The notes under the pieces are model-generated. The model had not been told where the DNA came from, made no database searches, and saw nothing but the letters and a program-made list of their open reading frames with translations. The translations under genes were made by a program, and so were the position numbers. From Thermodesulfovibrionales bacterium (GTDB lineage Bacteria > Nitrospirota > Thermodesulfovibrionia > Thermodesulfovibrionales > SM23-35): a DNA stretch of 57,026 nucleotides. The stretch spans positions 1 to 57,026 of the forward strand of contig JASEEX010000008.1 of NCBI GenBank assembly GCA_030019415.1. The letters are read 5' to 3'. Positions 1 through 9,203 of the stretch are shown in pieces; the stretch's first letter is position 1; each line of letters begins with the position of its first letter.

Positions 1-1
1 T

Positions 2-739
2 GGCTCACCAGGTGAAAGCTGGGAGACCATACAAGACACCGTAGACTTGATACACGAGATAAAACCTCTGAGCACGATCTTTTATATCCTTGATATCTTC
101 CCGGGTACGGCTCTATATGAGGATTTTAAGCGGAAGACGGGGATTGGAAACGATGTCTGGTTAAAGAGGATAGAAGACATCATGTACTTTGAATCTGATT
201 CCCGGCTGTCTAAAGATATGATCTTGGCCTTTGGACAAAAGTTCAGATCTGATTATTATCATCATCTTCCTGAGTTTGCGGATGCAGTTGAGCTAATTGA
301 TGACAAGGACCTATACGGAAGCCATGCCGATTTTCTCTCAAGACTTGCTATGACCCTCAGCCATGGGGATTATGCGTCAATTGAAGCTATACCTGAAAGA
401 AATAAAGTTGCTCAACGGCTTTACGAGAGATCCTTATCGTACCATTCAAACCAGAGGGCCTATCTGGGATTAGGAATTATCAAGCAAAAGCAGGGGGAAT
501 ACGACGAATCTATACAGATACTCTCAGAGGGAATAAGACAATTTCCTGAGAGCGAACCTTTAGCCACGTGTATGGGCATAAGCTACATGAACCTGGGCTA
601 TTATGAAGAAGCGCTGAGATACTTTCAAAAATTTTCAAATTCTCCGGACGCTCTACGGTACACTGCCGCCTGTTATCGCACAATGGGAGAATTTGAAAAA
701 GAGTCATCAACGCTTAGAAGACTGGAAAAATTATGTTGA
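2..739 (+). CDS. C-terminal part of radical SAM (likely B12-binding) protein with TPR repeats, 5'-partial
   Basis: Frame is open from base 2: GSPGESWETIQDTVDLI..LDIFPGTALY matches the G.PGE...T / PGT.L motifs at the radical SAM C-terminus, followed by TPR-like helices (AYLGLGII..GEYDESI; MGISYMNLGYYEEA). Confidence 0.7.
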   Translation, partial: GSPGESWETIQDTVDLIHEIKPLSTIFYILDIFPGTALYEDFKRKTGIGNDVWLKRIEDIMYFESDSRLSKDMILAFGQKFRSDYYHHLPEFADAVELIDDKDLYGSHADFLSRLAMTLSHGDYASIEAIPERNKVAQRLYERSLSYHSNQRAYLGLGIIKQKQGEYDESIQILSEGIRQFPESEPLATCMGISYMNLGYYEEALRYFQKFSNSPDALRYTAACYRTMGEFEKESSTLRRLEKLC

Positions 740-880
740 CCGATCTAAAAAATCCTTGAAAGAATTTATGTAAACATGTTAACATTACTACATTTAAAAA
801 CTCTCAATGTAATAAGGTAACCAGAATATTTTTGACATTCAAACCCTATCAAAAATTAAAAATGAAAGGAGGTGATTTTA

Positions 881-1282
881 GTGAAGAAGATTATAATTAT
901 TCTCTTATCTGTAATCCTTGCATTTACTGTCTCCTCAATATCTCTTGCGGTAGAGAAGGAGGAGGAATTAAAAGTGTCAGTGCCTCCTGAACTATCGAAA
1001 CTCCCGACTGCAGCGAAAGTGCAACAAATTACCGGTGAGGTCAAGGCAATCAATATTTCTGCTCAATCAATCCTGGTAACCAAGAAAATCAGGGATAAAG
1101 TAGTAGAAGCTGTTATTAAGGTTAATGACACAACAAAGATTCAAAAGGAAAAAGAACAGAAAACCTTATCCGATATAAAGGTTGGTGATAAGGTAGTTGT
1201 CAGGTATACAAAGGTTGATGGAAAGAATATAGCAAAAAATATCGCTATCCAACCAGCAAGACCACAATCTGAAAAGAAATAA
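881..1282 (+). CDS. Small exported protein, probable OB-fold (DUF5666-like)
   Basis: AAGGAGGTG RBS then GTG at 881; signal peptide KKIIIILLSVILAFTVSSISLA; G.V.AI / LSDIKVGDKVVV motifs. Confidence 0.65.
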   Translation: MKKIIIILLSVILAFTVSSISLAVEKEEELKVSVPPELSKLPTAAKVQQITGEVKAINISAQSILVTKKIRDKVVEAVIKVNDTTKIQKEKEQKTLSDIKVGDKVVVRYTKVDGKNIAKNIAIQPARPQSEKK

Positions 1283-1284
1283 AG

Positions 1285-1319
1285 ACTTCTGCAAGGGGGA
1301 AATCCCCCCTTGCAGAAGT
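1285..1319. terminator. Likely bidirectional intrinsic terminator between convergent genes
   Basis: 15-bp perfect stem ACTTCTGCAAGGGGG / CCCCCTTGCAGAAGT with a 5-nt loop. Confidence 0.7.
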
Positions 1320-1342
1320 TACCTTCCTAAGTCACCACAAAT

Positions 1343-2557
1343 TTAATGCGCTGATTCGTACTCAGGATGTTCATACAGTATGGCCATTCTGTTTACAATA
1401 AAACGATAAAAAAGAACTATTATTGTGACCACTCCAAGGGATAGTGCAACCTCGCTCCATAATGGATAGTATTTTTGTGAGGTGGGAAGATACCAGTTAT
1501 AAGCAATTATGCATACATTAAGCCGATTTAAAATAACGCCAAATGCGGTCAAAAAGCCCGTGAATCGAACAAGCTTAGCATTCCGGTTTCTTACAGCAGA
1601 TGTAAACAGGAGGGCCGGGAGGAGGACAAAACCAAGAATCTCAACTAAATACCAGTAACCATATGGAGTATTAAGATAAGCCCAATTATTATAATGAGCT
1701 ATATCAAATATTTTTAGTATGAAATAGATAAAAAGGGCAGATGCTGCAGCCATACCGAGGCCAATGGTACGACTATCATATTCAGCAGGGTCAAAGTGTT
1801 TCAGTTGTCTTCTAAAAACCCGATGGGTAATGGTACCTTCAACAATTACCATAGAAATTCCCGCAAAGACAGCCGATAAAAGGAAAAATACAGGTAGTAG
1901 CGTTGAATACCAGAGAGGATGTAGTTTAGCAGGGGCAACAAGATATAAACCACCGAGTGCAGACTGATGGCCACCAGCTATTATCACCCCGAAGATAGTT
2001 GCCCAGACAGCCATCTTGGTGAAGAATTCACGAAGTTTCCTCAGATTCAGCCATTCAAATAGGGCAGGGCTCCACTCAATAAGGCATATAATTGTATAGA
2101 GGAAGAAATGCCAGCCTATTAGAAACAGGATTGAGGTAAATCCCCATGACCCGCCTATGAGGTAAGGGACACGATAGTAACGACCAAGGTCAAACATAAG
2201 CGCATATATAGCAAATACATAACCGAGAAGGCTTGAAAGAATAGCAGGCCGGGCAAAATGATGATACTCTTTCATCCCGAAGAGATGAACTGCTGTACCG
2301 AGGGTAAGGCCAGGAGCTGCTAAGGCGATTCCGACAAGTATATCAAACCCGATCCATAATCCCCAGGGGTAGTTATCAGAAAGATTTGTCGTCGGGCCAA
2401 GTCCGAAGAGGAGTCGATAAATCATTACACCGACTCCAGCGCTCAGAAAAATCGCTGCGATTAAATTGGGAACATTGAAATTACTGATGATATAATCTCG
2501 TGGGGTCATTCCAAGAAGTATCTTTTCTCTAAACCATGTATTAGTGCTTTTCGCCAT
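1343..2557 (-). CDS. hmcC: HmcC-like NrfD/HybB-family integral membrane subunit
   Basis: TNLSDNYPWGLWIGFD, FDLGRYYR, HQSALGGL, KLHPLW NrfD/HybB motifs; follows the hmcB-like gene; start moved to MAKSTN. Confidence 0.8.
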   Translation of the reverse strand: MAKSTNTWFREKILLGMTPRDYIISNFNVPNLIAAIFLSAGVGVMIYRLLFGLGPTTNLSDNYPWGLWIGFDILVGIALAAPGLTLGTAVHLFGMKEYHHFARPAILSSLLGYVFAIYALMFDLGRYYRVPYLIGGSWGFTSILFLIGWHFFLYTIICLIEWSPALFEWLNLRKLREFFTKMAVWATIFGVIIAGGHQSALGGLYLVAPAKLHPLWYSTLLPVFFLLSAVFAGISMVIVEGTITHRVFRRQLKHFDPAEYDSRTIGLGMAAASALFIYFILKIFDIAHYNNWAYLNTPYGYWYLVEILGFVLLPALLFTSAVRNRNAKLVRFTGFLTAFGVILNRLNVCIIAYNWYLPTSQKYYPLWSEVALSLGVVTIIVLFYRFIVNRMAILYEHPEYESAH

Positions 2558-3575
2558 GGCCTTCTCCCTTCTGAACGGATGTTTCATGGCTCGCTTTTAC
2601 TTTCTTACGAGCCTTTGAGATGGCATAATAGGCCCCAAAGACAAGGGGCCAGGCACCGACTATTTCGAACATCTTTACAGCAAAGAGAAACCCTTTGCTC
2701 GTTTTCGGTATCGGTGTCTTTCCGATGTCAGTTCTGAGACCAATCTCGTCGAAAGGAACTGAAGAAAGATACAACCAGCTTGTGCCTCCTACTTCATGTT
2801 CTCCATAGACATGGTCAACATATTTGCCAGGATTGTTTCTTATCCTTTCGTGAGCCAGGTTAATGAGTTCACTCATCTTGCCAAATCTTAATGCTTCTGC
2901 TGTACAGATCTCAACACACGCAGGGACACCACCCTCTGTAATCCTGTCATAGCACATAGTACACTTGGTAACCTGAGGATTTAAAGCCTCATAATACTCA
3001 TATGCCGGAATATCAAATGGACATGCAATCATACAGTAGCGGCATCCTATACACACAGCCGGGTTATGTAGTACCGAACCTTCTGGGGTCTTCTTAAAGG
3101 AGTCAACAAAGCAGGAAGAAAGGCAACCAGGTTCCTCACAGTGCATGCACTGTTTCTTTACATATATAGGTTTTCCATCTTTTGAGCTTATATAGCGATT
3201 GACAACTGTAAATTCCCCTGCATGAGTTCTTCTTACTTTATCAAAGACAGATTTTTCCTGATGCACTGATGCCTCAAACTCTTTTATTGGCCTGTTTGGA
3301 TTTTTGTTCCATTCATTGCATGCCCATTCACATCTTCGACATCCAATACACTTGGTTGTGTCGACAAGAACTGTATAAGGCTCTTCAGGAGGAGGTACCC
3401 TGGCCTCCTTCCTTTCAACCCATATCTTCCAGTTCTTTCTATTTGCGGTATTACCGGTAGAAAAGATAGAGGGGCCACCTTTTTCATATGCATGGGCGAT
3501 GGCACTACTGCCAAGCAGGGTAGTCCCCGCAATCGTTGCAGTCCGCTTTAAGAATTCCCTTCTGCTAATACCCAT
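2541..3575 (-). CDS. hmcB: HmcB-like periplasmic 4Fe-4S protein with Tat signal and C-terminal membrane anchor
   Basis: SRREFLK Tat motif; CIGCRRCEWAC, CMHCEEPGC, CIGCRYCMIACP, KCTMC; EVGGTSWLYLS. Confidence 0.85.
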   Translation of the reverse strand: MGISRREFLKRTATIAGTTLLGSSAIAHAYEKGGPSIFSTGNTANRKNWKIWVERKEARVPPPEEPYTVLVDTTKCIGCRRCEWACNEWNKNPNRPIKEFEASVHQEKSVFDKVRRTHAGEFTVVNRYISSKDGKPIYVKKQCMHCEEPGCLSSCFVDSFKKTPEGSVLHNPAVCIGCRYCMIACPFDIPAYEYYEALNPQVTKCTMCYDRITEGGVPACVEICTAEALRFGKMSELINLAHERIRNNPGKYVDHVYGEHEVGGTSWLYLSSVPFDEIGLRTDIGKTPIPKTSKGFLFAVKMFEIVGAWPLVFGAYYAISKARKKVKASHETSVQKGEGHGEKH

Positions 3576-3590
3576 AGATTAGCCTCCGTG

Positions 3591-3728
3591 CTAATATTTG
3601 CGCTCTCCGCTTAGGATGAAATAAATTAATATAAATACAAACATCGCCAGAACGGCTACCGCATATTCATAGCCCTTAGTTGTAAAAATCTGATCAAAGA
3701 TGTGGAATTTTATCCCCAAAATCTCCAT
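3591..3728 (-). CDS. hmcD: HmcD-like 45-aa single-TM protein (missing from ORF track)
   Basis: AGGAGGA RBS; MEILGIKFHIFDQIFTTKGYEYAVAVLAMFVFILIYFILSGERKY; size, TK..Y motif and position between hmcA and hmcB fit HmcD. Confidence 0.7.
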   Translation of the reverse strand: MEILGIKFHIFDQIFTTKGYEYAVAVLAMFVFILIYFILSGERKY

Positions 3729-3746
3729 TCAAATCCTCCTTTTTGC

Positions 3747-5366
3747 TTAACCAGGTTTCGAGATGATATCTACAGGCCTGATTTCTTTTTCTTCATGACA
3801 ATCTGTACATTTCTTTGGCTTTTCGAGTTCCATCTTCTCATGGCATTGTATACACTGACGATGATAAGCAGCGAGTAACCGAGGTCTGTTCGGGTGCAGC
3901 GGGTCAAAAGTGATAGTGTGGCAATTCCTGCAAAATGGAGGGGTGTCTTTCTTGGCTTCGGCTTCGGCTCGACTCTGATGATGGCACCCATCGCAGATAG
4001 TCTGCATCTTTGCATGGAAGTACCTTCCCATTTTGCTATCATTGGATATCTTTACGAGCTTCTCGATGATTTTACGATGTGGAAACTTAGCGGGTTTGAA
4101 TTCTTTTTCCAAAATCTTTACTTCTACCTCTTTTTTGACTACTTCTGGATCAAGCCCAACAACGGAAAGCTTTGGTGGTTCGGGCAGTTCCTTTTTACCC
4201 GTATGGCAACGAACACAGGTCTCTTTCTTAGGACCTTTTGTTTGTATATCCATTATAGGAAGTAGACCGTGGCATCCAGCACAATCTTTTTCTCTCTTCT
4301 TGACCCCATGGCAACCGGCACAGCTTTTTTCAGACAGGATATCATGATAAGCACTTGCAGTATTGACCCATCTTCCGTTTTGATTCCCTATGAGATCATG
4401 GCATTCTTTGCAGGCATATAATGTTTCATGGTGACAGCCTTTGCACGTTTTAGAATATTTTTCATGGGCCTTATGATCAAGAAGAACTCCCTTCATCTTT
4501 GCATTTTCAATATCTATGAGTGGTTTTTCTAGTTGACCACTGTCAGGTCGGGGGACCTTTTCAAGTTCAGCAACGGTTTTATACTTTTCTGTGTGACATT
4601 TTGAGCAGACAATAGGACCGGCCTTTTCCTCTTTTCCCATAAAATGGAGGTGGCAGTTGAGGCATCTTGTATGAGAAACCTTCTGTACAGTAAAGCCTTT
4701 CTTGGCTGTAACCTCATTTGGGGCTGCCAGGAGGGGGCTCCTCTTTTTACCGACATCATGGCAGCTGTAGCAGGACCACTCTCTCCCTTTTTCATACACT
4801 GGTTCTTCATTGTAAACATGGTGGCAGAGGTCACAATTGTCTTTAATCTTCTTTTCCTGCAATTCCTTATCATGGGTATCATGAACTGAAAAATCAAATT
4901 CAACGACTGGATATTTAAGTTTTACTAACTCGAATTCTTTCTTATGGCAATCCCCGCATGTAACAGGACCGGTTTTTTTGTCTTCTTTATACCGCTTTTT
5001 ATGACAATCGATACATTCATCATGGTATGCCTTCATTACTGAGTCTTCGTCTTTTTTCTCAACCTTCTTCGGGAATTCAAAAAGTATGAGACCCTTTTCT
5101 TTGTCGAGAGGGTGACATGTTTCACACCCTTCTTCTTTCAAAGCCCTGGTATGTTTATCATGATCAAACACTACTTGTGGCCGTTCTAAGGGACCGAAGA
5201 TTTCAGTATGAGCTATACCAATCTTGTTCTCGGGTTTGATCTCTTTTATCGGTTTAACTTCTTTAGGGGCAACAGGGCCTTCTGTAGAATAAACGCTTCG
5301 CAAACCATTAACAATGAAGAGCAGAAGACATATACTAATTACAAAAAATAATAACTTTTTCTTCAT
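3747..5366 (-). CDS. hmcA: Sixteen-haem high-molecular-weight cytochrome c (HmcA)
   Basis: Sec signal peptide; 16 CxxCH motifs counted in 539 aa; cytochrome c3-type repeats (FDHDKH, FPHRK). Confidence 0.92.
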   Translation of the reverse strand: MKKKLLFFVISICLLLFIVNGLRSVYSTEGPVAPKEVKPIKEIKPENKIGIAHTEIFGPLERPQVVFDHDKHTRALKEEGCETCHPLDKEKGLILFEFPKKVEKKDEDSVMKAYHDECIDCHKKRYKEDKKTGPVTCGDCHKKEFELVKLKYPVVEFDFSVHDTHDKELQEKKIKDNCDLCHHVYNEEPVYEKGREWSCYSCHDVGKKRSPLLAAPNEVTAKKGFTVQKVSHTRCLNCHLHFMGKEEKAGPIVCSKCHTEKYKTVAELEKVPRPDSGQLEKPLIDIENAKMKGVLLDHKAHEKYSKTCKGCHHETLYACKECHDLIGNQNGRWVNTASAYHDILSEKSCAGCHGVKKREKDCAGCHGLLPIMDIQTKGPKKETCVRCHTGKKELPEPPKLSVVGLDPEVVKKEVEVKILEKEFKPAKFPHRKIIEKLVKISNDSKMGRYFHAKMQTICDGCHHQSRAEAEAKKDTPPFCRNCHTITFDPLHPNRPRLLAAYHRQCIQCHEKMELEKPKKCTDCHEEKEIRPVDIISKPG

Positions 5367-5387
5367 AACCCTTCCCTTCCCGATTTA

Positions 5388-6758
5388 TTATCCTACTTTG
5401 AATTCCTCAGGAATCTCCATTACCTCGACCAGTATTTCACTGAAAAACTTAGTATGCATACCAAGCTTATAATATTTAATTATATCTTCTATGCCACTAT
5501 GACAGTTATGGCACGGGGTAATCACAATATGAGCGCCCGTTTCCTTCATTTGCTCGGCCTTTACACGGTTACTTATCGCTCGCTTCTTCGCCCAAGGTGG
5601 GCCACAGTTAATCACACCGCCCCCTGCACAACAGCAAAAATTATATTCTCTATTTGGTTGCATCTCTGTAAAATCTTCGCAGATAGCATTAGTAACATAA
5701 CGGGCCATCTCACCTAAGCCCCGACCCCTTATAACATTGCAGGGATCATGTAATGTAACCGGCTCCTTGAACTTTTTCGCAATCTTAATTCTTCCTTCGC
5801 GCAGGAGCTCATAATAAAATTGGATAGCATGGATTACAGGTACAGGGGGCATCTTCAAGCCCAACCACCTATTTCCTACATCATAAATAGAACGAAAGGC
5901 ATGCCCGCACTCACCCATAACTATTTTTTTTGCTTTGAGCCTAAAGGCGGCCTCAAAATGTGCCCTTTTAACACGTCCCATGATCTCGTGGTCACCTGAA
6001 TACATAGCCATGTCGCTATTATCCCAGCCGTCAAAAGAAGGGTACGTCCAGTTAATACCTGCTACGTTCATAATAATCGCTGCCTGACCCATTAACTGGG
6101 CCTGGAATTTAGGCTCAGGACCAATAACAGAATACATAATATCAGCCCCTTCCTTATCAATAGGGATACGGGGATTTTTTATTTCTGCCCGGATCTCCTC
6201 CTCTTGCCACTGCACGGTATCAATCCAGTCATCCTGTTTGACCCACATCTGATTCATGGTTACTGCATGGCTGTGGGCCGTATCCTGGAGATATAAAGGT
6301 GTCACACCAAGGAGATGACATATACGACGCACACTCAGCAGGATGTAAGCCATATCAATACCAAAGGGACAATACATACTACATCTTTTACACAGGTTAC
6401 ACTCAGTATAGGCGATCTCTGCTGCCCTTCTTATAAACTCTGGAGTTACACGTCCTTTATTCTTTAGAATCGGCCACATAGTCTGCTTGACCTTAGCTAC
6501 AGGAGCAAAAGAAGGGTCACGGTCGTTGGATAAATAATGGTGGCAGGCTTCAGAGCACAGACCGCAATGGATACAGGTATCCACGTATGTCTTTAGACGT
6601 GCACCACCCATTGCAGCCAGAGCCTTGTTTATCACCTTCTCTATTTTTTCAGGGGTAAGCTTTTTAATACCCTCGTCTAAACCTGCATCTACTATCTTTC
6701 CCCATGCTTTTTCTGTCTTTTTCTCAGCTACTGCCATCTTTTTCTCAGCTACTGCCAT
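5388..6758 (-). CDS. tmcB: TmcB-type cytoplasmic Fe-S/CCG-domain protein (HdrD/DsrK-like)
   Basis: CIHCGLCSEACH, CNLCKRCSMYCPFG, QDTAHSHAVTMNQMWV, MGECGH, HDPC, CCCAGGG, PCHNC; resembles TmcB from recall. Confidence 0.82.
   Translation of the reverse strand: MAVAEKKMAVAEKKTEKAWGKIVDAGLDEGIKKLTPEKIEKVINKALAAMGGARLKTYVDTCIHCGLCSEACHHYLSNDRDPSFAPVAKVKQTMWPILKNKGRVTPEFIRRAAEIAYTECNLCKRCSMYCPFGIDMAYILLSVRRICHLLGVTPLYLQDTAHSHAVTMNQMWVKQDDWIDTVQWQEEEIRAEIKNPRIPIDKEGADIMYSVIGPEPKFQAQLMGQAAIIMNVAGINWTYPSFDGWDNSDMAMYSGDHEIMGRVKRAHFEAAFRLKAKKIVMGECGHAFRSIYDVGNRWLGLKMPPVPVIHAIQFYYELLREGRIKIAKKFKEPVTLHDPCNVIRGRGLGEMARYVTNAICEDFTEMQPNREYNFCCCAGGGVINCGPPWAKKRAISNRVKAEQMKETGAHIVITPCHNCHSGIEDIIKYYKLGMHTKFFSEILVEVMEIPEEFKVG
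6717..6758. repeat. Perfect 21-bp tandem duplication at the tmcB start
   Basis: CTTTTTCTCAGCTACTGCCAT x2, giving MAVAEKK-MAVAEKK. Confidence 0.95.
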
Positions 6759-6800
6759 AATAAGTCCTCCTTGAAGACTCTTTTAATTATATCTAAATAT

Positions 6801-7478
6801 CTAATAATCCCTAACATGCCTCACCATCCCGAATTCAGAACCTGTATACGCCCTTGTAAACCAGCCGAATACCATATGGATTATTCTGCTAAAGGGAATG
6901 GCTATTAGCATAGCTTCTCCAAATAAGATATGAAGGATCGTCATTGCTCTATAGGGAAGAAGTAGTTGGTGATATGCTAAGAATCCTGTAATAAAAGGTA
7001 AAAACGCTATGGTAAGTATAAGGAAATCAGAAGGATAAGTAACAAATCTCACTTCGGAAGCGATAATCCTCCTAAATAAGAAGAAAACACAACTAAAAAC
7101 GACTATGAGGGTCATAATGTCTGCTGTGCTTTCAGGGAGTGTCCACCAGCTTATCCCCCAGGACTCATACCATAAAATGTTATGTGAGAGGAGGAATATC
7201 GGTGTAAAAACCAGGCATATATGAAAAAGAAAGGTAACGATTGTAATAATAGGATGCCTTCTCCAGTTGATACTTCCAAATGGAATGATCCAGTGAAGGA
7301 TGGACCGCAGGCCATATTTTAGACTAAGATAAGGTAATAATACTTTCTCCTTTTTTGCCAGAGAAATCATGGAGTATATTCTGTAGGCACTCCCTACAAT
7401 ACATACAAAAAACGCAATCCAGACTAAAGGTCCTCTCACAAATTTATAAACTGCTTCGCTCATAAGAAATTCAAACAT
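6801..7478 (-). CDS. tmcC: TmcC-type NarI-family membrane cytochrome b
   Basis: About 5 TM helices; FVRGPLVW, LRSILHWIIPF, FLFH, LSHN, GFLAYH, LHIL, PFSRIIH. Confidence 0.8.
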   Translation of the reverse strand: MFEFLMSEAVYKFVRGPLVWIAFFVCIVGSAYRIYSMISLAKKEKVLLPYLSLKYGLRSILHWIIPFGSINWRRHPIITIVTFLFHICLVFTPIFLLSHNILWYESWGISWWTLPESTADIMTLIVVFSCVFFLFRRIIASEVRFVTYPSDFLILTIAFLPFITGFLAYHQLLLPYRAMTILHILFGEAMLIAIPFSRIIHMVFGWFTRAYTGSEFGMVRHVRDY

Positions 7479-7494
7479 TTTTTACCCCTCTTTT

Positions 7495-8796
7495 TTAAAT
7501 TTCACCTATTGGGACTACCCTCCGATAATACTTGCCGCCCTCTACACATCTTATCAGTAGTTTTTCTCCATCCGGGCTGAAAACTGGATTCCAGAGGGCT
7601 TCAAAACCCCGCCTGCCTACCCTTCCATCTATAGCAATGAAATACCTGCCATTTTTTTCAACCTTTGTTAACACTTTATCACTCCCTGGGCTGAAGATCG
7701 GATCCCATACCATGTCGAAATCCTCTGCCCACGGCGTACCATCTACAGCAATTGTGTATCTATCATTTCCAGGGATATTATGAAGGGCGGATTGCATATG
7801 AAAAGGATACTTTGATTCTTTAGCAGCAGCCGCAACTCTTTTGCTGTCTGGACTAAAAATGGGAGGTAAAACGGCATCACTGAATGACCTCGCCCATGGA
7901 GAACCATCTACGGCTATAGTCCATTTACCATATTCAGGGGCAACGATAGCGGCTATTCTTTTACCATCAGGGCTGTATTTCTGGTTCCATATTTGGATAA
8001 AGTTTCCCCATATTGGCTTTCCATTCATTGCCAGGGTCCATCCCTGAGGTGTTTTTATTGGAGCAACTACATCGTAGCTTCCAGGTTTAAAGACCGGCTC
8101 CCATACGCAACCAAAGGTTTCTTCCCAAGTCTTCCCATCCACTGCGATGGTATAATCATATAAATTTAACCTGACCTCTGCTGCCAGATGCTGGTTGTCA
8201 TGGCTGAAGGTAACACCCCATACATTTACAAAAGTTTTGTCCCACGTTACACCATCTACCGCAACCGTCCACACACCTTCCTGGAAACCAAAGATATCTC
8301 CTTCCTTGATCCTCTTTGTTGAGACAGCAGAAGCGGTCTTAGTTCCGTTAGGACTGATAATGAGATCTCGTGCTTCAACAAATCCATTCTCCCATGTTTT
8401 TCCATCCACCGAAACCCCGTAATCATCCCCCTTTTTTACATTAGCTGCTACTCTTCCATCTGGAGTAAACTGCATATTCCATATGAAATCGAATTTTTCT
8501 TCCCACATCTCGTGGTCGACAGCAACAGTCCACTCAAAGTCTCTAAATACAAGAGAAACTAATTTATTATCAGGTTTGAATTTTAGAGACCAGACTTTCT
8601 CAAATGTTTCATCCCAGACCTCTCCATTCACACAAGTAGTAAATCTTTTATCTTCTGGTTGAACTACAGCGGCTATTTTCTCACCATCATCAGAGGGGGT
8701 TAATTCACGGATGTCGATGAACTTCTTCTGCAATTCATTTAAGTCTACTAATAATTTTTCTTTTGTTTTCCAGTCCCAGTTTGCTGATTCGCTCAT
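7495..8796 (-). CDS. tmcD: TmcD-type Trp-rich beta-propeller-like protein
   Basis: Repeated W.IAVDG..W...F..VW.P.FSPDG units; WDW at the N-terminus; upstream of tmcC/B. Confidence 0.82.
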   Translation of the reverse strand: MSESANWDWKTKEKLLVDLNELQKKFIDIRELTPSDDGEKIAAVVQPEDKRFTTCVNGEVWDETFEKVWSLKFKPDNKLVSLVFRDFEWTVAVDHEMWEEKFDFIWNMQFTPDGRVAANVKKGDDYGVSVDGKTWENGFVEARDLIISPNGTKTASAVSTKRIKEGDIFGFQEGVWTVAVDGVTWDKTFVNVWGVTFSHDNQHLAAEVRLNLYDYTIAVDGKTWEETFGCVWEPVFKPGSYDVVAPIKTPQGWTLAMNGKPIWGNFIQIWNQKYSPDGKRIAAIVAPEYGKWTIAVDGSPWARSFSDAVLPPIFSPDSKRVAAAAKESKYPFHMQSALHNIPGNDRYTIAVDGTPWAEDFDMVWDPIFSPGSDKVLTKVEKNGRYFIAIDGRVGRRGFEALWNPVFSPDGEKLLIRCVEGGKYYRRVVPIGEI

Positions 8797-8844
8797 TTAA
8801 TATTTCCCTTATTTTCCTCTTAGCTGCTTGCCAAGTGTTGAACT

Positions 8845-8872
8845 ATTATAAAAATACGAGTTTAAATGTCAA
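8845..8872 (-). promoter_or_regulatory. sigma70 promoter of the tmc/hmc operon
   Basis: Minus strand TTGACA-N16-TATAAT with consensus hexamers, about 50 nt upstream of tmcD. Confidence 0.75.
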
Positions 8873-9030
8873 TAGGTAATTGATCCCTCTTTAAAGTGAA
8901 CCTGAGTCAACTTCTTCAGGGGACCCTCGTTAGCAAAATTATCACAGTCTTCTTAAAAAAGTCAACAATTTTTTATAAAAAATTCCAATTAAAATTGCAG
9001 TTATACGATCCCCTATATATAAAAAATTGA

Positions 9031-9186
9031 GAGCTGTTTCCAAATCTGCCGAAAGACTTCAATCCCCTTGATTTATATGTCATTGTGAGCACCTGAAAGG
9101 TGCGTGGCAATCCCTAATAATTTTGTCATTGCTTCGGCTTTGCCTCGCAATGACAATTTTCTATCGACAAATTTGGGTGTTTTCTC
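9031..9186. mobile_element. MITE-like element with imperfect terminal inverted repeats enclosing a REP-like palindrome
   Basis: Ends CCAAATCTGCCGAAAGA / TCTATCGACAAATTTGG; internal GTCATTGTGAG...GGCAATC and TTGCTTCGG..CTCGCAATGACA (9078-9155). Confidence 0.55.
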
Positions 9187-9203
9187 AATGCTCGAGGATA
9201 CTG

